In this document: in pieces, positions 61,019 through 64,000 of the stretch
Numbering within the stretch: position 1 is the first letter of the stretch
Layout: every line of letters begins with the position of its first letter
Source: Arcobacteraceae bacterium
GTDB taxonomy: Bacteria; Campylobacterota; Campylobacteria; Campylobacterales; Arcobacteraceae
Assembly: GCA_048268245.1 (NCBI GenBank)
Contig: JBLWVX010000003.1
Coordinates: forward strand, 94,530 to 158,529
Direction: 5' to 3'
Length of the DNA stretch: 64,000 nt
Notes under the pieces: model-generated
Told to the model about the DNA's origin: nothing
The model's input: only the letters and a program-made list of their open reading frames with translations
The model's database searches: none
Position numbers and translations under genes: made by a program

Positions 61019-63130
61019 CTATTTCAAACTCAACCCAACCCTTTGTTTCTCTAAATCAACACTTATAACTTTTACTTTCTCTAAGTTTTGATTGATACTT
61101 AAAACTTCGCTTGGGTGATTTATTCTTTTACTACTTATTTGTGAGATATGAAGAAGGGCATCGTTTTTTAGTCCTATATCTACAAAAGCTCCGAAGTCTG
61201 TGATGTTTCTTACTATTCCACTTAAGATAAAGCCTTCTTTTAGCTCTTCTATTGAGCATACATCACTTGCAAACTGTACTTGGTTGAAGTTTTCTCTTAT
61301 ATCAAAACCTGGTTTTTTAAGCTCTTCTATAATATCTTTTAGTTTTAGTGGCGTTGTATTTAGCTCTTTTGATATTTGTTGTATTTGTGTATCTTGTATC
61401 TCTTCTATATTATATGAAGTTTGAAGTTTTTTTGTTAGTTCATAATCTTCTGGGTGAATTGCTGTATTATCTAAGATTGATTTACCATCTTTTATTCTTA
61501 AAAATCCTACTGCTTGGATATATGCCTTCTCCCCTATACCTTTTACTTTTAAAAGCTCTTTTTTTGTAGTGAACTTTTTAATTTTTTCTCTATGTTCTAC
61601 TATGTTTTTTGCTATTTTTTCACTAATCCCTGAGATAAAAGATAGAAGTTTATATGAAGCTGAGTTTAAATCTACTCCTATTTTATTTACTAAGTCAACT
61701 GTAGTATTTTCTAGTTTTACAGCTAACTCTTTTTGATTTACATCGTGTTGATATTGACCAATACCTAGTGATTTTGGGTCGATTTTTACAAGTGCTGCCA
61801 TTGGGTCTCTAAGTCTTTGGGCTATTGAGATAGCTCCTCTTATAGTAACATCAAGATTTGGGTACTCTTCTATTGCTATTTTAGATGCAGAATAAACACT
61901 TGCACCTATTTCACTAACTATTGCATAGTTTATATCTAAGCTATTTTCTTTTATAAGATTAGCTATAAAAGAAGCAGTTTCCCTTGAGGCTGTTCCATTT
62001 CCTATTGCTATTGCTGTAATGTTATGTTTTTTTATTAGTTCAAGTACTACTTTTGAAGAGTTTTTTATATCTTCTTTGGGTTTAGTAGCATAGATTACAT
62101 TTGAGTCTAAATATTGTCCATTTTTATCTATCACTGCTAACTTACAACCTGTTTTAAATCCTGGATCCATTCCTAAGATTACTTGATTTACAAGAGGTGC
62201 TGTTTGAAGTAACTCTTTTAGGTTTTTCCCAAAAAGTTCAATTGCTTCTTTATTAGCTTTTTCTTTTAGGTTTGCTATTGCTTCTCTTTTTAGACTTGGA
62301 AGTAGTAGTCTTTTAAGACCATCTTTATAAGCTTCAAAGACTATTTCTTTTGAACTGCTTGCCCATGATGGAATTTTGTATTTTTTTATGTTCTCTAAAA
62401 TATGTTTTTCATCAATATCAACTTTGATACTAAGTTGTTTTTCACTTACAGCTCTTAAGATAGCAAGGGTTCTATGTGGTTTTATATATTTTATTTTTTC
62501 ATTTTGATCTGCAAAACTTGAATAAACACCATTTTTATCAAACTCTTTTGCTTCTTTTATTTCTAAAATTCCCCAGTTTGAAATGATATTTCTAATAATC
62601 TCTTTTGATTTAAAATCATCTGCGTATCTTTGAGCTATTATGTCTTTTGCTCCTTGTATTGCGTCATCAGTTGAGTTTATGTTTTTATTTAAAAATTGCT
62701 TTGCTTTTTGGTTTACTTCTTCATTTGAGTATTTTAAACACTGGATTATATTTGCTAAAGGTTCCAAGCCATTTTCTATGGCATTACTTGTTCTAGATGA
62801 TTTTTTATCTTTAAAAGGTGTATATATATCTTCTAAAGCTTGAAGTGTTGTAGCTTCTTGTAGTTGTTTTTGAACTTTTTCATTTAAGAAGTTTTTCTCT
62901 TTTAGAAGAGTTGAAATCTCTTCTTTTCTTGTTAGTAGTTTTTGAGAATAGTTATAAACCTCTTCAAAAACTCTTAGTTCTTCATCTGTAGCACCACCTG
63001 TGAAGTCTTTTCTATATCTTGCAATAAATGGAATAGTACAACCTTCTTCAAGAAGGTTGATTATATTTGTAATTGATTTTGAGTTAAGGTTTGTTTTTTC
63101 TTGGATTAAAGTTGTAAGTTGATTAGTCAA
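61019..63130 (-). CDS. tex: Tex-family RNA-binding transcription accessory protein
   Basis: TIPFIARYRK, DPGFKTGCK, IGNGTASRET, GQYQHDV, C-terminal S1; probable TTG start at 63130 after AAGGAAG. Confidence 0.93.
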   Translation of the reverse strand: MTNQLTTLIQEKTNLNSKSITNIINLLEEGCTIPFIARYRKDFTGGATDEELRVFEEVYNYSQKLLTRKEEISTLLKEKNFLNEKVQKQLQEATTLQALEDIYTPFKDKKSSRTSNAIENGLEPLANIIQCLKYSNEEVNQKAKQFLNKNINSTDDAIQGAKDIIAQRYADDFKSKEIIRNIISNWGILEIKEAKEFDKNGVYSSFADQNEKIKYIKPHRTLAILRAVSEKQLSIKVDIDEKHILENIKKYKIPSWASSSKEIVFEAYKDGLKRLLLPSLKREAIANLKEKANKEAIELFGKNLKELLQTAPLVNQVILGMDPGFKTGCKLAVIDKNGQYLDSNVIYATKPKEDIKNSSKVVLELIKKHNITAIAIGNGTASRETASFIANLIKENSLDINYAIVSEIGASVYSASKIAIEEYPNLDVTIRGAISIAQRLRDPMAALVKIDPKSLGIGQYQHDVNQKELAVKLENTTVDLVNKIGVDLNSASYKLLSFISGISEKIAKNIVEHREKIKKFTTKKELLKVKGIGEKAYIQAVGFLRIKDGKSILDNTAIHPEDYELTKKLQTSYNIEEIQDTQIQQISKELNTTPLKLKDIIEELKKPGFDIRENFNQVQFASDVCSIEELKEGFILSGIVRNITDFGAFVDIGLKNDALLHISQISSKRINHPSEVLSINQNLEKVKVISVDLEKQRVGLSLK

Positions 63131-63857
63131 GTACAACTTCCTTGAAGTCACTTCTAGTATCTTTTAAAGGTTTGTTATTTTGAGCTCTTACAGTATAAAC
63201 AAAAGAGATTTTTGCTTCATCTGTTTTATTTTTACTTGCATGGTGTAGTGTTTTACAGTGAAAAAGTACTACATCCCCTTTTTTTAGATTTTTGTGGGTT
63301 TTCTTTGCAATGATTTTTTTATTCTCTTCATGTTCATCTAAAAAGTTTGAGTCTTCATCAAAACAATCTTTACAGAAGTTGATTTTATGACTTCTGGGAA
63401 TAAATTCTAATAAACCATTATCTAAAAACTCATCACCTAAACTCAGCCATACAGATACTAAGTTGTCACCTTCAAAATGCCAATATCTTCTATCTTGATG
63501 CCAATAAGTTCTAGTACTTTCATGGGGAAGTTTCGTCATGATTGAGTTATGATGAGCTAGTGTTAAAACAGGTGTGTCATTTAGTACTTGTTTTAATATA
63601 GGTCTTATTTCTTTGTTTGTCATCCAATCTTTAAAAATATCTTCTCTATCATAAACTTGTCTTAGTCTTCTAACTGTAATATTTTCATCACTTAATTGCA
63701 TGTACTCTTGCTCTGTTTCTATAGGAGCTTGTTTTGCATTTAAGTGTTCTTTTGCTTTTTCTAAGATTTCATCACAAAGTTTTTCATCTGCGAAGTTTTC
63801 AATGATTAAAAAACCATTTTCATTAAACTCTTCTAGTTGTTGTTGTGTTAGTTCCAT
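63123..63857 (-). CDS. PhyH-family Fe(II)/2-oxoglutarate dioxygenase
   Basis: F.ENGF, WHQD, NG.L.FIP.SH, GDVVLFH...LH. Confidence 0.88.
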   Translation of the reverse strand: MELTQQQLEEFNENGFLIIENFADEKLCDEILEKAKEHLNAKQAPIETEQEYMQLSDENITVRRLRQVYDREDIFKDWMTNKEIRPILKQVLNDTPVLTLAHHNSIMTKLPHESTRTYWHQDRRYWHFEGDNLVSVWLSLGDEFLDNGLLEFIPRSHKINFCKDCFDEDSNFLDEHEENKKIIAKKTHKNLKKGDVVLFHCKTLHHASKNKTDEAKISFVYTVRAQNNKPLKDTRSDFKEVVLD

Positions 63858-64000
63858 TTATACTCTTAATAGCTAATTTGTTCGTATTATAGTCAAAAAA
63901 GGATTTCTATTTGTTTATTTATATTAAATTGTATAAATAAACTTTTAATTTTATAACTATAACTTATAATTATAAAATTAATTTTAATTATAAAATAAGC

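Noticed and set aside
1119..62843. Many short antisense or overlapping ORFs in the track (e.g. 1119-1358, 11819-12154, 23778-24239, 57544-57948)
   Set aside because: They are shadows of well-supported genes, with no recognisable motifs
63858..64000. Extremely AT-rich end of the window as a possible origin or island edge
   Set aside because: Too short and truncated; consistent with an ordinary promoter region

Overview
AT-rich chromosomal segment of a Campylobacterota bacterium, most likely Arcobacteraceae. This assignment is inferred from the conserved fabH-plsX-rpmF-yceD-ndk-fdxA/ahpC synteny, the 'IAHQWRQPL'-type kinases and a Cj0069-family gene. Most of the window is housekeeping: pyk, argD, pyrB, pabB/pabC, rho, metNIQ, murI, dnaX, hemC, recQ, thyA-folA and tex. 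It also holds a 2-methylcitrate operon (prpB-prpC-acnD-prpF), an amino-acid ABC system and three sensor kinases. I saw no rRNA, tRNA, CRISPR array or transposase. The most notable items are: (1) a Vibrio-type LuxP AI-2 receptor coupled to a chimeric kinase with a LuxQ-like periplasmic domain, a PAS domain, an Arcobacter-type transmitter and no receiver domain; (2) an unclassified XRE-HTH protein divergent from the prp operon, with repeated candidate operators between them; (3) a ~185-nt multi-hairpin non-coding element next to a lone NDT/TIR-like gene; (4) a decayed accessory patch with an ATPase gene relic before recQ; (5) a ThyA with a T4-phage-like insert; (6) at least five apparently leaderless genes. 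All family assignments come from motif recognition by eye; no database searches were run.
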